Assembly (NCBI GenBank): GCA_945906815.1
Contig: CAMDRT010000010.1
Span: forward strand, 4,849 to 68,848
From: Bordetella parapertussis
Lineage (GTDB): Bacteria > Pseudomonadota > Gammaproteobacteria > Burkholderiales > SG8-41
DNA length: 64,000 nt
Direction: 5' to 3'
The stretch's first letter is position 1, and every line of letters starts with the position of its first letter. Below the pieces are notes generated by a model. It searched no databases, was not told where the DNA came from, and was given only the letters and a program-made list of their open reading frames with translations. The position numbers and the translations under genes were made by a program. Positions 38,238 through 50,635 of this stretch are shown here, piece by piece.

Positions 38238-38440
38238 TCTTTTTCCAGTCGCTGCCGCGTGGCTTGCGTATGCGATGCCGATCAGCGGTCACGCTTGGTT
38301 TCCCACCACTCGCGCGCCACGCCTGCAAACGTAATGCCGCGACCCGCTTTTCTGCTTTACGCTCAATTTGCCGGAAACGGAAGAATACCCCCGGACGGCT
38401 GGGATGCCGGTTTCGTAGTTTTCTCTATGAGAATCTACGA
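38238..38440 (-). pseudogene. possible degenerate N-terminal remnant of a P4-type (DUF4102) tyrosine integrase
   Basis: The minus-strand frame reads ...GKLSVKQKSGSRHYVCRR...(TGA at 38289-91)...IGIAYASHAAATGKR. It is collinear, by my recollection, with the G-L-x-L-x-V-x-x-S-G-S-K-x-W-x-x-R-Y ... G-x-Y-P-x-x-S-L-x-x-A-R-x-x-R pattern and lies directly 3' of tRNA-Leu. Weak evidence. Confidence 0.3.
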
Positions 38441-38478
38441 GCTACGAGACTTTATTGGATGTTTTTGACTGTAGATCT

Positions 38479-38565
38479 GGTGCCGGGAGCCGGAATCGAA
38501 CCGGCACGCTGTTGCCAGCGCGGGATTTTGAGTCCCGTGCGTCTACCAATTCCGCCATCCCGGCA
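38479..38565 (-). tRNA. tRNA-Leu(CAA)
   Basis: The reverse complement is GCCGGGATGGCGGAATTGGTAGACGCACGGGACTCAAAATCCCGCGCTGGCAACAGCGTGCCGGTTCGATTCCGGCTCCCGGCACCA. It has a 7-bp acceptor stem, anticodon loop CTCAAAA, a long variable arm, GTTCGATTC in the T-loop and an encoded CCA. Confidence 0.9.
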
Positions 38566-38663
38566 AGGGAAGTCAACGGGAACACAAGTGACAGGCGCGG
38601 ATTATAGCGCCGACCGCCAGCAATCGCCACTGCGCGGCATACCCGCCACGTATAATCCGTCCG

Positions 38664-39695
38664 ATGTTTCTGCAAGATTTTAATTTTGAGCTGCCGGCGG
38701 AATTGATTGCGCAGGCTCCGGTGGCGGCGCGCACGGCGAGCCGATTGCTGCGCCTGGATGGCGTCAGTGGTGCGTGCAGCGATGGCCAATTTACCCAGTT
38801 GCCGAGCCACCTGGCGCGCGGTGACGTGATGATATTCAACGACACCCGCGTGATCAAGGCGCGTCTCACCGGGGCCAAGGACAGCGGCGGTAGAGTGGAA
38901 GTGCTGATCGAGCGCGTGCTGGCAGGTGACCGGGCACTGGCGCAGGTACGGGCGAGCAAATCCCCGCGCAGCGGGAGCCAGCTATTACTGGCCGGTGGTG
39001 TTATGGCCAGCGTAGTGGCCAGGCACAGCGAATTTTTCGAGTTGCGGTTCGAAAATTGCGCGGACATTTTTGCGCTGCTGGATCAACATGGCGCGGTGCC
39101 GCTGCCGCCCTACATTACGCATGCCGCAGAGGCGGCGGACGAGGCGCGCTATCAAACCGTTTACGCGCGCGCACCCGGTGCGGTGGCCGCGCCTACCGCG
39201 GGCCTGCATTTTGATCACGCGATGCTGGAAGCACTGAGCAGGCAGGGTGTGGTCATCGCGCACGTGACCTTGCACGTGGGTGCGGGCACTTTTCAGCCAG
39301 TGCGGGTTCACGATTTGCGTGATCATCAGATGCACAGCGAGTGGTACCAGGTGCCGCCGGCCACGGTGGATGCGATACAGGCGGCGCGTGCGCGCGGCTC
39401 ACGGGTGATGGCGGTGGGCACCACCAGCTTGCGCGCGCTGGAGTCGGCCGCCGCGGACGGTCATGTGAAAGCGGGCACCGGCGACACGCGGCTTTTTATC
39501 ACCCCGGGCTACACCTTCAAAATAGTCGACCGGCTGCTCACCAACTTTCATTTGCCCAAATCGACGCTGCTGATGCTGGTGTCGGCGTTTGCGGGCGTGG
39601 ATAATGTGCGCCGCGCTTACCAGCACGCAATCGCCCAGCACTACCGTTTTTTCAGCTACGGTGACGCCATGCTGATTGAAAGAGGTTTGCCGTGA
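38664..39695 (+). CDS. queA: S-adenosylmethionine:tRNA ribosyltransferase-isomerase
   Basis: 343 aa. [13 protein letters not shown]...[24 protein letters not shown] and [14 protein letters not shown]. Confidence 0.95.
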   Translation: MFLQDFNFELPAELIAQAPVAARTASRLLRLDGVSGACSDGQFTQLPSHLARGDVMIFNDTRVIKARLTGAKDSGGRVEVLIERVLAGDRALAQVRASKSPRSGSQLLLAGGVMASVVARHSEFFELRFENCADIFALLDQHGAVPLPPYITHAAEAADEARYQTVYARAPGAVAAPTAGLHFDHAMLEALSRQGVVIAHVTLHVGAGTFQPVRVHDLRDHQMHSEWYQVPPATVDAIQAARARGSRVMAVGTTSLRALESAAADGHVKAGTGDTRLFITPGYTFKIVDRLLTNFHLPKSTLLMLVSAFAGVDNVRRAYQHAIAQHYRFFSYGDAMLIERGLP

Positions 39696-40126
39696 CACGA
39701 ACACAACCCGAGCCTCGCGACGCTTTCCGGCACTTCATCGCCATCACCACGCGCTGGATGGACAACGATGTCTACCGGCATGTGAACAACGTTGTTTATT
39801 ATTCGTTTTTCGATACTGCAGTCAACGCCTATATGATGCGCCAGGGCGTGCTCGATCTTGAGGTTTCGCCGGTGGTGTGTCTGGTGGTGGACACCGGCTG
39901 CCAGTTTTTTAGCCCGATTGCGTTCCCGGATGCGGTGCATTGTGGCTTGCGGGTTGCGCATCTGGGCCACAGCAGCGTGCGTTTCGAGATCGGCATTTTT
40001 CGCAACGATGAGCCGCTGGCTGCGGCGCAAGGCCACTTTGTGCATGTGGCGTGCGACCGGCACACGCAGCGCCCGCTGGCAATGCCCGCCGACATGCGTC
40101 GCGCGCTTGCAGCCTTGGTGAGGTAA
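39692..40126 (+). CDS. acyl-CoA thioesterase (4HBT/YbgC-like hotdog fold)
   Basis: 144 aa. [18 protein letters not shown] is the characteristic 4HBT start. Confidence 0.75.
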   Translation: MTRTQPEPRDAFRHFIAITTRWMDNDVYRHVNNVVYYSFFDTAVNAYMMRQGVLDLEVSPVVCLVVDTGCQFFSPIAFPDAVHCGLRVAHLGHSSVRFEIGIFRNDEPLAAAQGHFVHVACDRHTQRPLAMPADMRRALAALVR

Positions 40127-41248
<1,122 letters not shown>

Positions 41249-41334
41249 AATGCAGCGGTTTTTCGCGGCCAGCTTGAAAACGCAAGTCTGTGCCGTACTA
41301 TCATCAAAAGCGGGTTTCCGGGGGAGTTGCAGCT

Positions 41335-41658
41335 ATGTTTATCAGTCAGGCTTGGGCTCAAAGCAGCGGTGCGCAGGGCGGCGGCATCGAAAGCATGGTG
41401 CTCATCGTGTTGATGTTTGGCGTGCTGTATTTCATGATGATCCGTCCGCAAATGAAGCGCGCCAAAGAGCACAAGGGGATGATCGAAGCGCTGCAAAAAG
41501 GCGACGAGGTGGTCAGCGGCGGCGGCATCCTGGGCCGCGTCACCAAAATCAGCGAAGCCTACGTTACACTCGAAGTCGCGCAGGGTGTGGAGATGGTGCT
41601 GCAGCGTTCCGCCGTTCAGGTGGTGCTGCCCAAGGGTACGCTTAAGAATATCTCGTAA
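41335..41658 (+). CDS. yajC: preprotein translocase subunit YajC
   Basis: ATG 41335 follows GGGGGAG. FMMIRPQMKRAKEHK.M...L.KGDEV...GGI.G.V. Confidence 0.9.
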   Translation: MFISQAWAQSSGAQGGGIESMVLIVLMFGVLYFMMIRPQMKRAKEHKGMIEALQKGDEVVSGGGILGRVTKISEAYVTLEVAQGVEMVLQRSAVQVVLPKGTLKNIS

Positions 41659-41733
41659 GGCGTAAGGCGTGAGGGGTGAGGCGCGCTCGCGCGCATCCCC
41701 TGCGCCTCGCGCCTCACCTCCCCTACGCCTCAC
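41655..41733. repeat. heptad-built palindrome in the yajC-secD spacer
   Basis: GTAAGGC GTAAGGC GTGAGGG GTGAGGC ... GCCTCGC GCCTCAC ... GCCTCAC. 11-bp perfect stem GGTGAGGCGCG (41675-85) with CGCGCCTCACC (41708-18). Confidence 0.7.
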
Positions 41734-41739
41734 GAAAAA

Positions 41740-43626
41740 ATGAACCGCTATCCCCTCTGGAAATACCTCCTGATCGCCGTTTTGCTGGCGATGGGGTCTC
41801 TCTACACTGTGCCGAATTTTTTCGGTGAATCGCCTGCAGTACAGGTTTCACCCATCAAACCCATGGCGAAGATCGATCCCGCGCTGTTGGGCCGTGTAGA
41901 AGAAGCGCTGACCCAAGGCGGTTTCAAGCCCGAAGGTCTGATGCAGGATCAGACCGGCATCAAGGCGCGCTTCGGTGACACCGATACGCAGTTGAAGGCC
42001 AAAGAGTTGCTGCAGTCAAAATTGGGCGAAGATTATGTGGTCGCGCTCAATCTGCTGTCGCGCAGCCCGCAGTGGCTGGCGTCTATCGGCGCGCTGCCGA
42101 TGTACCTGGGGCTGGATTTGCGCGGCGGCGTGCATTTTCTGCTGCAGGTGGACATGAAAGCCGCGCTTAACAAAAAAATCGACACCACGGTGGGCGATAT
42201 CCGCGGCACCCTGCGTGATAAAAAAATCCAATATAGCGGTGTGACGCGCGATAAAGACAGTGTGGTGGTGCGGTTTCGCGACAAGGCGACACAGAGCAAA
42301 GGGTTGACCGAGATCGAAAAAGCGTTTCCTGATCTGGAATTGAAAACGCAGGACGACAATGCTGAATTCAGGATCCATGCCAAGCTCAAGCTCGAAGCCG
42401 TCACCCGCACCCAGGAATTCGCGCTGCAGCAGAATATCACCACCTTGCGCAATCGCGTCAATGAACTCGGTGTGGCTGAGCCGATCATCCAGCAGCAGGG
42501 CACTGACCGTGTGGTGGTGCAACTACCCGGGGTGCAGGACACTACCCGCGCGAAAGACATTTTGGGCCGTACTGCAACGCTGGAAATCCGCATGGTTGAG
42601 GCGCACGGCAGCGATCCCGCCGGGCGCAACTATGATCCACAAAAAATCGAGCTGGCCATCAAAGGGCAGGTGCCGTTTGGCACCGAGCTGCATTATTCGC
42701 AGCGCGACAGCGGCAAGGAAGCGCTGCTGTTAAGCAAGCAAGTGGTGATCACCGGCGAACGTTTGACCGACGCCTCTCCTGGCTTTGATTCCACCAGCAA
42801 CACGCCGATCGTGAGCGTGACGGTGGACGGGCAGGGCGCGCGTGTGATCCAGCAGGTGACGCGCGAAGGCGTCAAGCGCCGCATGGCGATATTGCTGATC
42901 GACCGCGGCAAACCCGAAGTGCTGACCGCGCCGGTGATTCAGTCCGAGCTCGGCGCACGCTTCCAGATTACCGGTTTCAAGACCACTACCGAAACCAAGG
43001 ATTTGTCATTGTTGCTGCGCGCGGGTGCGCTGGCGGCGCCGATGGAAATTGTGGAAGAGCGTACGGTCGGTCCTTCGCTGGGTGCGGAAAACATCAAGAT
43101 CGGCTTTCAGTCGATGTGGTACGGGTTTGCCGCGATTGCGCTGTTCATGATCCTTTATTACACCTTGTTTGGTGTGATATCGATAGTGGCGCTTTCGTGT
43201 AACCTATTGTTTTTAATAGCATTGTTGTCCATGCTGCAAGCGACACTGACACTGCCCGGCATCGCCGCCATAGCACTCGCATTGGGCATGGCGATAGACG
43301 CCAACGTGCTGATCAACGAACGCGTACGCGAAGAACTGCGCAATGGCGCTACGCCGCAGGCCGCGATCTACGCCGGTTACGACCGTGCATGGGGCACGAT
43401 TTTCGATTCCAACGTCACCACCCTGATTGCGGGTATTGCGCTGTTCGCGTTCGGTTCCGGACCGGTGAAAGGGTTTGCGGTGGTGCATTGTCTGGGCATA
43501 TTGACCTCGATGTTCAGCGCGGTGATGCTGTCGCGCGCGCTGGTCAACTTGTGGTACGGCACGCGGCGCAAGCTGGAAAGCGTGTCGATTGGGCAGGTGT
43601 GGAAGCCGACGGAGCACAAGGCCTAA
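41740..43626 (+). CDS. secD: protein translocase subunit SecD
   Basis: 628 aa. MNRYPLWKY, LGLDLRGGVHF, and C-terminal TM bundle with GMAIDANVLI.ERVREE. Confidence 0.95.
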   Translation: MNRYPLWKYLLIAVLLAMGSLYTVPNFFGESPAVQVSPIKPMAKIDPALLGRVEEALTQGGFKPEGLMQDQTGIKARFGDTDTQLKAKELLQSKLGEDYVVALNLLSRSPQWLASIGALPMYLGLDLRGGVHFLLQVDMKAALNKKIDTTVGDIRGTLRDKKIQYSGVTRDKDSVVVRFRDKATQSKGLTEIEKAFPDLELKTQDDNAEFRIHAKLKLEAVTRTQEFALQQNITTLRNRVNELGVAEPIIQQQGTDRVVVQLPGVQDTTRAKDILGRTATLEIRMVEAHGSDPAGRNYDPQKIELAIKGQVPFGTELHYSQRDSGKEALLLSKQVVITGERLTDASPGFDSTSNTPIVSVTVDGQGARVIQQVTREGVKRRMAILLIDRGKPEVLTAPVIQSELGARFQITGFKTTTETKDLSLLLRAGALAAPMEIVEERTVGPSLGAENIKIGFQSMWYGFAAIALFMILYYTLFGVISIVALSCNLLFLIALLSMLQATLTLPGIAAIALALGMAIDANVLINERVREELRNGATPQAAIYAGYDRAWGTIFDSNVTTLIAGIALFAFGSGPVKGFAVVHCLGILTSMFSAVMLSRALVNLWYGTRRKLESVSIGQVWKPTEHKA

Positions 43627-43659
43627 GGCAATCACGCCTGAGCGCCTAGGAAAACCATC

Positions 43660-44589
43660 ATGGAATTTTTCAGATTCAAACGCGACATACCGTTCATGCG
43701 CCACGCGCTGATCTTCAACGTGATTTCCTTGATTACGTTTTTGATCGCCGTGGTGTCTCTGTCTACCAAGGGCCTGCATCTGGGCGTGGATTTCACTGGC
43801 GGCACGGTGATGGAAGTGCGCTACAGCCAGCCCGCCGATCTGAATAAGATACGCGATGCCATGGCCAAACTCGGCTTCACCGAGGCCAGCGTGCAGAATT
43901 TTGGAACGACCCGCGATGTGCTGATTCGCCTGCCGGTGAAACAAGGCGTGACCAGCGCAAAATTGTCGGAGCAGGTTTTGGTGGCGTTAAAGCAAATCGA
44001 CAGCACGGTGGATCTCAAGCGCGTCGAGTTCGTCGGCCCGCAGGTGGGCAAGGAATTGCTGGACAACGGTGCGCTGGCGTTGCTCTTCGTGTCGCTCGGT
44101 ATTGTGCTCTACCTGTGGCTGCGCTTCGAGTGGAAGTTCGGCGTGTCGGCGATCGTCGCCAACTTGCACGACGTGGTGATTATTCTCGGCTGTTTCTCGC
44201 TGTTTCAGTGGGAATTTTCACTGCCGGTGCTGGCGGCGGTGCTGGCGATTCTGGGTTACTCGGTCAATGAATCGGTAGTGGTGATGGACCGGGTGCGCGA
44301 GAATTTCCGCAATCGCAGGTTCCGCGCCACGCCCGTGCCGCAGGTGATAGACAACGCGATTACTGCCACCATGTCGCGCACCATCATCACCCACGGTTGC
44401 ACGCAGTTGATGGTGTGCTCGATGCTGATTTTCGGCGGTGAGACGCTGCATTATTTCGCCCTGGCGCTGACCATCGGCATCTGCTTTGGCATCTATTCCT
44501 CGGTGCTGGTCGGCAGTCCCTTGCTGATGTGGCTGGGCCTGCGCCGCGAAGACCTCGCCCGCGCTGAACACAAGCCCGCCGACGCTTAG
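43660..44589 (+). CDS. secF: protein translocase subunit SecF
   Basis: 309 aa. GVDFTGGT, VGP.VG.EL and GYSVNESVVVMDRVREN. Confidence 0.95.
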   Translation: MEFFRFKRDIPFMRHALIFNVISLITFLIAVVSLSTKGLHLGVDFTGGTVMEVRYSQPADLNKIRDAMAKLGFTEASVQNFGTTRDVLIRLPVKQGVTSAKLSEQVLVALKQIDSTVDLKRVEFVGPQVGKELLDNGALALLFVSLGIVLYLWLRFEWKFGVSAIVANLHDVVIILGCFSLFQWEFSLPVLAAVLAILGYSVNESVVVMDRVRENFRNRRFRATPVPQVIDNAITATMSRTIITHGCTQLMVCSMLIFGGETLHYFALALTIGICFGIYSSVLVGSPLLMWLGLRREDLARAEHKPADA

Positions 44590-44591
44590 GG

Positions 44592-44616
44592 CTAGGACTG
44601 AGTCCTCAGTCCTCAG
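44592..44616. repeat. short heptad palindrome after secF
   Basis: CTAGGAC TGA GTCCTCA GTCCTCA. AGGACTGAG (44594-602) is complementary to CTCAGTCCT (44605-13), and several slipped registers are possible. Confidence 0.5.
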
Positions 44617-44636
44617 CACTTAAAATTAAGGTCTAC

Positions 44637-45284
44637 GTGGAACTCCTAGCCACCTTTATCGATATCGTACTGCATCTCGACAAGCACCTGCAGCTGCTGA
44701 TCCAGAACTATGGCGTGTGGATTTACGCGATTCTGTTTCTGATCATCTTTTGCGAAACGGGTTTGGTGATTGCACCATTTTTGCCGGGGGATTCGCTGCT
44801 GTTTGTCGCCGGCGCACTGGCGGCTTCGGGCAACATGTATGTGCATACGCTGTGCCTGGTGTTGGTCGCAGCATCCTTTCTGGGCGACAACACCAATTAC
44901 TGGATCGGGCGGTTTTTCGGGCCCAAATTGTTTTCGCGCAAAGGCTCGCTGTTGTTCAATCCCAAGTATCTCGAACAAACGCAAGGCTTCTATGACCGGC
45001 ACGGCGGCAAAACCATCGTCATCGCGCGCTTTGTACCGATTGTGCGCACCTACGCACCGTTTGTGGCAGGCATAGGGCGCATGCTGTATCCGCGCTTTGT
45101 AACGTTTGCCTTCGGTGGCGCGGCGCTATGGATAGGCTCGCTGGTCTACGCCGGCTATTTTTTCGGCAACATTGCGTGGGTGAAAAGCAATCTGTCGCTG
45201 GTGATCGTGGGCATCGTTGTGCTGTCGCTACTGCCGGGCATCATTGAGTTCGTCAGACACAGACTGGGCCAGCGAACAGTCTAG
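44637..45284 (+). CDS. DedA family inner-membrane protein
   Basis: GTG start. FCETGLVIAPFLPGDSLLF..G and ARFVPIVRT..PFVAG motifs. Confidence 0.85.
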   Translation: MELLATFIDIVLHLDKHLQLLIQNYGVWIYAILFLIIFCETGLVIAPFLPGDSLLFVAGALAASGNMYVHTLCLVLVAASFLGDNTNYWIGRFFGPKLFSRKGSLLFNPKYLEQTQGFYDRHGGKTIVIARFVPIVRTYAPFVAGIGRMLYPRFVTFAFGGAALWIGSLVYAGYFFGNIAWVKSNLSLVIVGIVVLSLLPGIIEFVRHRLGQRTV

Positions 45285-45316
45285 ACGCAACGTGTGTTGC
45301 CTACGATCCCGAGCGC

Positions 45317-46176
45317 TTAGTTGAGCGCGCCTGCCAGTTTGCGCCGGTAGTCGCCCACCAGCGGGTGATCGCTGCCCATGACGCTGAACAGCTGCAGCAT
45401 GGTTTTGCGTGCGCCGTCGTCCTTGTATTTGCGGTCACGGCGCACGATTTCCAGCAATTGATCCAGGGCCTCTGCGTACTGCGCGAGTGCGATGTGCTGA
45501 CGGGCGAGTCTGAGCCGCGCATCGGAATCGTTGGCATTGGCCGCTATGCGCTTGAGCAATTCATCGGTGTTGGCGCCGCTGTTGGCATCGGCGGCAAGGG
45601 CGAGCCGCGCGTGCAGCGTTTTTACGCGCTCATCCATCTGCGTCAGTGGTGACAGCGCCGCAAGCAACTGCCGCGCTTCCTCATGCCGCTTCAATGCTAT
45701 CAGCAACGCCGCGCTGTCGATGCGCACATTTTCGTTTGCCGGATCGAGTTGCGACGCCTCGCCCAGCATGGCCAGCGCGCGCTGCGGGTCACCGCTTGCG
45801 GCGTACAGTGCGAGTGCATCCAGACGCATCTTTTCCGCAGGCGCAGGAATGATCTTGTCGAGAAACGCACGTACCTGCGGTTCCGGCAAGGCACCGGAAA
45901 ACTCATCCACCAGCTCGCCGTTGACGAAGGCTTTGACATTGGGAATGCCGCGCACGCCATAACGTTGCGCGAGCGGCTGGTTGTCGTCGGAATTGACTTT
46001 CGCCAGGCGGAATTTTCCCTGGTATTCCGCCGCCAGCTTTTCCAGTACGGGTTTGAGCGCGAGACACGGCCCGCACCATGCGGCCCAAAAATCAACCAAT
46101 ACCGGAACTGTTTTCGAGGCTTCAATGACCGCCTGCTCGAAATCCGCAGCAGACACATCCAGGCTGTGCGCAGACA

Positions 46177-46177
<1 letters not shown>
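45317..46177 (-). CDS. thioredoxin-domain plus TPR protein (YbbN/CnoX-like co-chaperone) with intact WCGPC
   Basis: 286 aa. VLVDFWAAWCGPC..L.P.LE, then a TPR-like C-terminal half. Confidence 0.8.
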
Positions 46178-47565
<1,388 letters not shown>

Positions 47566-47605
47566 TTAGCGCGTACTTTAACATACGTACACTACAAGCG
47601 ATCCC

Positions 47606-48952
47606 ATGACCACCGCCAGCCAGACGCTCGCGCGCTACGCCACTGATCTGCAGTACGAGGACATACCCGCCGAGGTTGTGGAGCGCGCCAAGGATTGTTT
47701 GATCGACACCGTGGCCGCCTGCGCGCTGGGTGCGCAAATGCCGTGGACGCAGACCGTGATCGAATACGCCCAGCGCAACAGCGCGGCGGGGGCATCGAAC
47801 GTGCTGGGCACGGAAATCAAAGTGCGCGCGCCTTTTGCGTGCCTGTGTAATGGCGCGGCGGCGCACGCATTCGAACTGGATGCCTTGTGCGAGCCGAGTG
47901 TGGGCATGCATCCGGGCGCAGCGCTCGCGGTGCCGGGGCTGGCGGTGGCGCAGGGGCGCAAGCAGAGCGGCAAGGCATTGATCACAGCGTTTGTTGCGGG
48001 CTTTGAGGTGCTGTATCGCATCGGACAGGCGACGCGGCATACGCCGGAGAAAATCGGTTTTCACGCGCCTGCGGTGATGGGTGTGTATGGCGCGTCCTGT
48101 GTGGTGGCCAAACTGTTTAATGAAAGCGCTGAACAGATGGCGCACGCGTTGGGTATTGCGGGCTCGCTGGGTTCGGGATTGATGGAGTTTTCGCGCAGCG
48201 GCGGCTTGGTCAAGCGCCTGCACCTGGGACGCGCCGCTGAAAGCGGCTTCCTGGCCGCGGCGCTGGCACGCGATGGCTACACCGGGCCAGCTGCAGTGCT
48301 CGAGGGCAAATACGGCGCGTTGCAGACGTTCTGTCGCGACGCCGAGCCGGAACGCCTGACGCAAGACCTCGGCGTGGTGTGGCATACGATGAAAGCCAAG
48401 CTCAAACGCTTTGCCTGCCATTCCAACGCACAAGTGCCGGTGTCGCTGGTGCTTGAGCTGAAGGCCCGGCACGGCATCAGCGGTGACGAGGTGGCGCGCA
48501 TTGCGCTGGCAGTCAATGAAAAATCGCTGAGTCATCACAACATCCCCGAGCCGGTTGACCTGGCGATGGCGCAATACAGTGTGCCGTTCAGTGCCGCGCT
48601 GGCACTTTATGCCGACCCCACGGATCCATGGGTGTTCTGTGACAGCAACGTCAACGACCCGCGCATCCGCGCGCTGTCAAAATCCGCAACGCTGACACCG
48701 ATGCCGTCGACGGCCAGCCCGGCGGGCATGGCGGCGCGCGTCACCTTGCATCTGAAAAACGGCCAAACGCCAAGCGCTGCAGGCGACCATTTCAAAGGTG
48801 CGCCCGCGCTGCCGCTCACGCGCGGCGAATTGCTGGAAAAATTTCTCAAGCTCACCGCCCATCGCACGCGCCCGCATGCCGAGCGGTTGTTCTCGCAACT
48901 GGCTGATGCGGAAAATATCAAGGATATCAGTGCGCTGAATTTCGCGTTGTAG
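47606..48952 (+). CDS. MmgE/PrpD family protein (2-methylcitrate-dehydratase-like)
   Basis: 448 aa. LARYATDLQYEDIPAEVVERAKDCLIDTVA, and FHAPAV.G......A. Confidence 0.8.
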   Translation: MTTASQTLARYATDLQYEDIPAEVVERAKDCLIDTVAACALGAQMPWTQTVIEYAQRNSAAGASNVLGTEIKVRAPFACLCNGAAAHAFELDALCEPSVGMHPGAALAVPGLAVAQGRKQSGKALITAFVAGFEVLYRIGQATRHTPEKIGFHAPAVMGVYGASCVVAKLFNESAEQMAHALGIAGSLGSGLMEFSRSGGLVKRLHLGRAAESGFLAAALARDGYTGPAAVLEGKYGALQTFCRDAEPERLTQDLGVVWHTMKAKLKRFACHSNAQVPVSLVLELKARHGISGDEVARIALAVNEKSLSHHNIPEPVDLAMAQYSVPFSAALALYADPTDPWVFCDSNVNDPRIRALSKSATLTPMPSTASPAGMAARVTLHLKNGQTPSAAGDHFKGAPALPLTRGELLEKFLKLTAHRTRPHAERLFSQLADAENIKDISALNFAL

Positions 48953-49044
48953 GCGGTGACGCGCCTGAACCCGCGCTGCCTTCTGCGCCGGCGTGCTACA
49001 GTGACGGCGCAAACGCATGTGAGTTTTAACCCGGGAGAATTGCC

Positions 49045-50028
49045 ATGATGCACTTCGCGATGGTTGCAAATAGCGCGCTACTTTTATTGTTTGCTGCAAC
49101 CGCCATGGCGCAAGGCGGCGCGGCGTCGGCGAATTATCCCGTGCGTCCGATACGCATCATCGTGCCGAACACTGCGGGCAGTGCTACCGATGGGGTGACG
49201 CGCATCGTCGCTCAGCGTCTGACTGACACTCTGGGCCAGCAGACGGTGGTGGACAATCGGGCCGGCGCAAGCGGCATCATCGGTCACGAAATCGCCATGC
49301 ATGCCGTGCCCGACGGCTACACCGTGCTGGTCTCCACCTCAGCCGGCCTGGTGCTCAATCCGCTGCTGATGAAGGTGCCGTACGACGCACACCGGGACTT
49401 CGCGCCGATTTCGCTGCTGGTGATGAGCCCCCAGATGCTGGTCAGCCACGTGGGCCTGCCCGCGCGTAACATCGATGAGCTGGTAGCGCTCGCACGCGCG
49501 CGACCGGGGCAGCTTAACTGCGCGTCACCGGGTTTTGGCACCTCCAACCATCTCGGCTGCGAAATGATCAAGACGATGACCTCGGTGAACTTCCTGCACG
49601 TGCCGTACAAGGGCACTGCGCCCGCGATCACCGATGTGGTCGGCGGCCAGGTGCAGTTCATGTTCAACAGCATGCCTGCGGTTTACCCGCTGGCCAAAGC
49701 GGGCAAGCTGCGCGCGTTGGCGCACGGTGGGACCCAACGTTCGCCCGCCGCGCCGGAAGTGCCAACGGTGGCCGAGAGCATCCCCGGATTCCAGTGCATC
49801 ACCTGGTACGCGCTGGTGGCGCCGCGCGGCATTCCGTCGGCCATTGCCGCCAGGCTGAATACAGAAGTGGTGAAAATGTTCGCCGATGCGCCCTTCGCCC
49901 GGCGCATCATCGATCAGGGTCAGGAGCCACAATCCAGCACGCCGGCGCAACTCATCGCGCACATGCGGGCCGAGACTGTGCGTTGGTCCGAGGTGATCAA
50001 GCGCGCGGGGCTTAAGCTTGAACGATAA
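49045..50028 (+). CDS. Bug family (TctC-like) substrate-binding protein
   Basis: YPVRPIRIIVPNTAGSATD, DNRAGASG, PDGYTVL and HVPYKG. Confidence 0.85.
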   Translation: MMHFAMVANSALLLLFAATAMAQGGAASANYPVRPIRIIVPNTAGSATDGVTRIVAQRLTDTLGQQTVVDNRAGASGIIGHEIAMHAVPDGYTVLVSTSAGLVLNPLLMKVPYDAHRDFAPISLLVMSPQMLVSHVGLPARNIDELVALARARPGQLNCASPGFGTSNHLGCEMIKTMTSVNFLHVPYKGTAPAITDVVGGQVQFMFNSMPAVYPLAKAGKLRALAHGGTQRSPAAPEVPTVAESIPGFQCITWYALVAPRGIPSAIAARLNTEVVKMFADAPFARRIIDQGQEPQSSTPAQLIAHMRAETVRWSEVIKRAGLKLER

Positions 50029-50038
50029 CAGGCCCTAG

Positions 50039-50587
50039 CTACCGCGGCAAAGCATCGTAGTTCTCTGGCGCCGGCACTTCCAACGCGCTGGTAATGCCGC
50101 ACAACATGCCGTAGTAATTAATCACCGCGGTGAGTTCGACCACCCACTGCGCGCTGTGCCCGCTCTTAAGCGCGTCAAAGGTGGCCTGCTCGACACGGTT
50201 GGTGCGCATCAGTTGTTCGACGTAAGCCGCGATCTCACGGTCGCCGGCGGGGTAGCGCGCAGGTTCAGCCCGCTCGCGTATCAGGTCGATCACCGCTTCC
50301 GGCACGCCGTTGCGGCGCGCGCCGTTGACCTGCGCGCCCCACACGTAGACACCCTGGCGCTCGCGCGCCGCAATCAGGATGCCAACCGAACGCGCCCGCG
50401 GCTCGACGATGGAGTGCTCGCGAAAATAATCGCCCATATCGAACACCGGTGCAGCCATCTGCGGGCTGTGCAGCAGCATGCTGAAGGGGCCGCGGATGCC
50501 GCCGAATTGTTTTAATACTCTGTCCACCAGCGTGTGGTGCTCGGCGGGCACTTCGGACTTGGCGGAGACGGGCGGGATTCTGGACAT
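50039..50587 (-). CDS. carboxymuconolactone decarboxylase (AhpD-like) family protein
   Basis: ATG 50587 follows AGGAAG. ILIAARERQGVYVWGAQ pattern, third CMD paralogue in the window. Confidence 0.7.
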   Translation of the reverse strand: MSRIPPVSAKSEVPAEHHTLVDRVLKQFGGIRGPFSMLLHSPQMAAPVFDMGDYFREHSIVEPRARSVGILIAARERQGVYVWGAQVNGARRNGVPEAVIDLIRERAEPARYPAGDREIAAYVEQLMRTNRVEQATFDALKSGHSAQWVVELTAVINYYGMLCGITSALEVPAPENYDALPR

Positions 50588-50635
50588 GAGGCTGGCTTCC
50601 TGGGGTTGGGGTTCACTGCGTGTCAACGGGCAGCT

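Noticed and set aside
41655-41733. Simple rho-independent terminator interpretation of the yajC-secD palindrome (likewise 53045 and 54820)
   Set aside because: No T-tract follows the stems on the transcribed strand, and the downstream genes start within about 6-25 nt. Kept as unexplained repeats instead.
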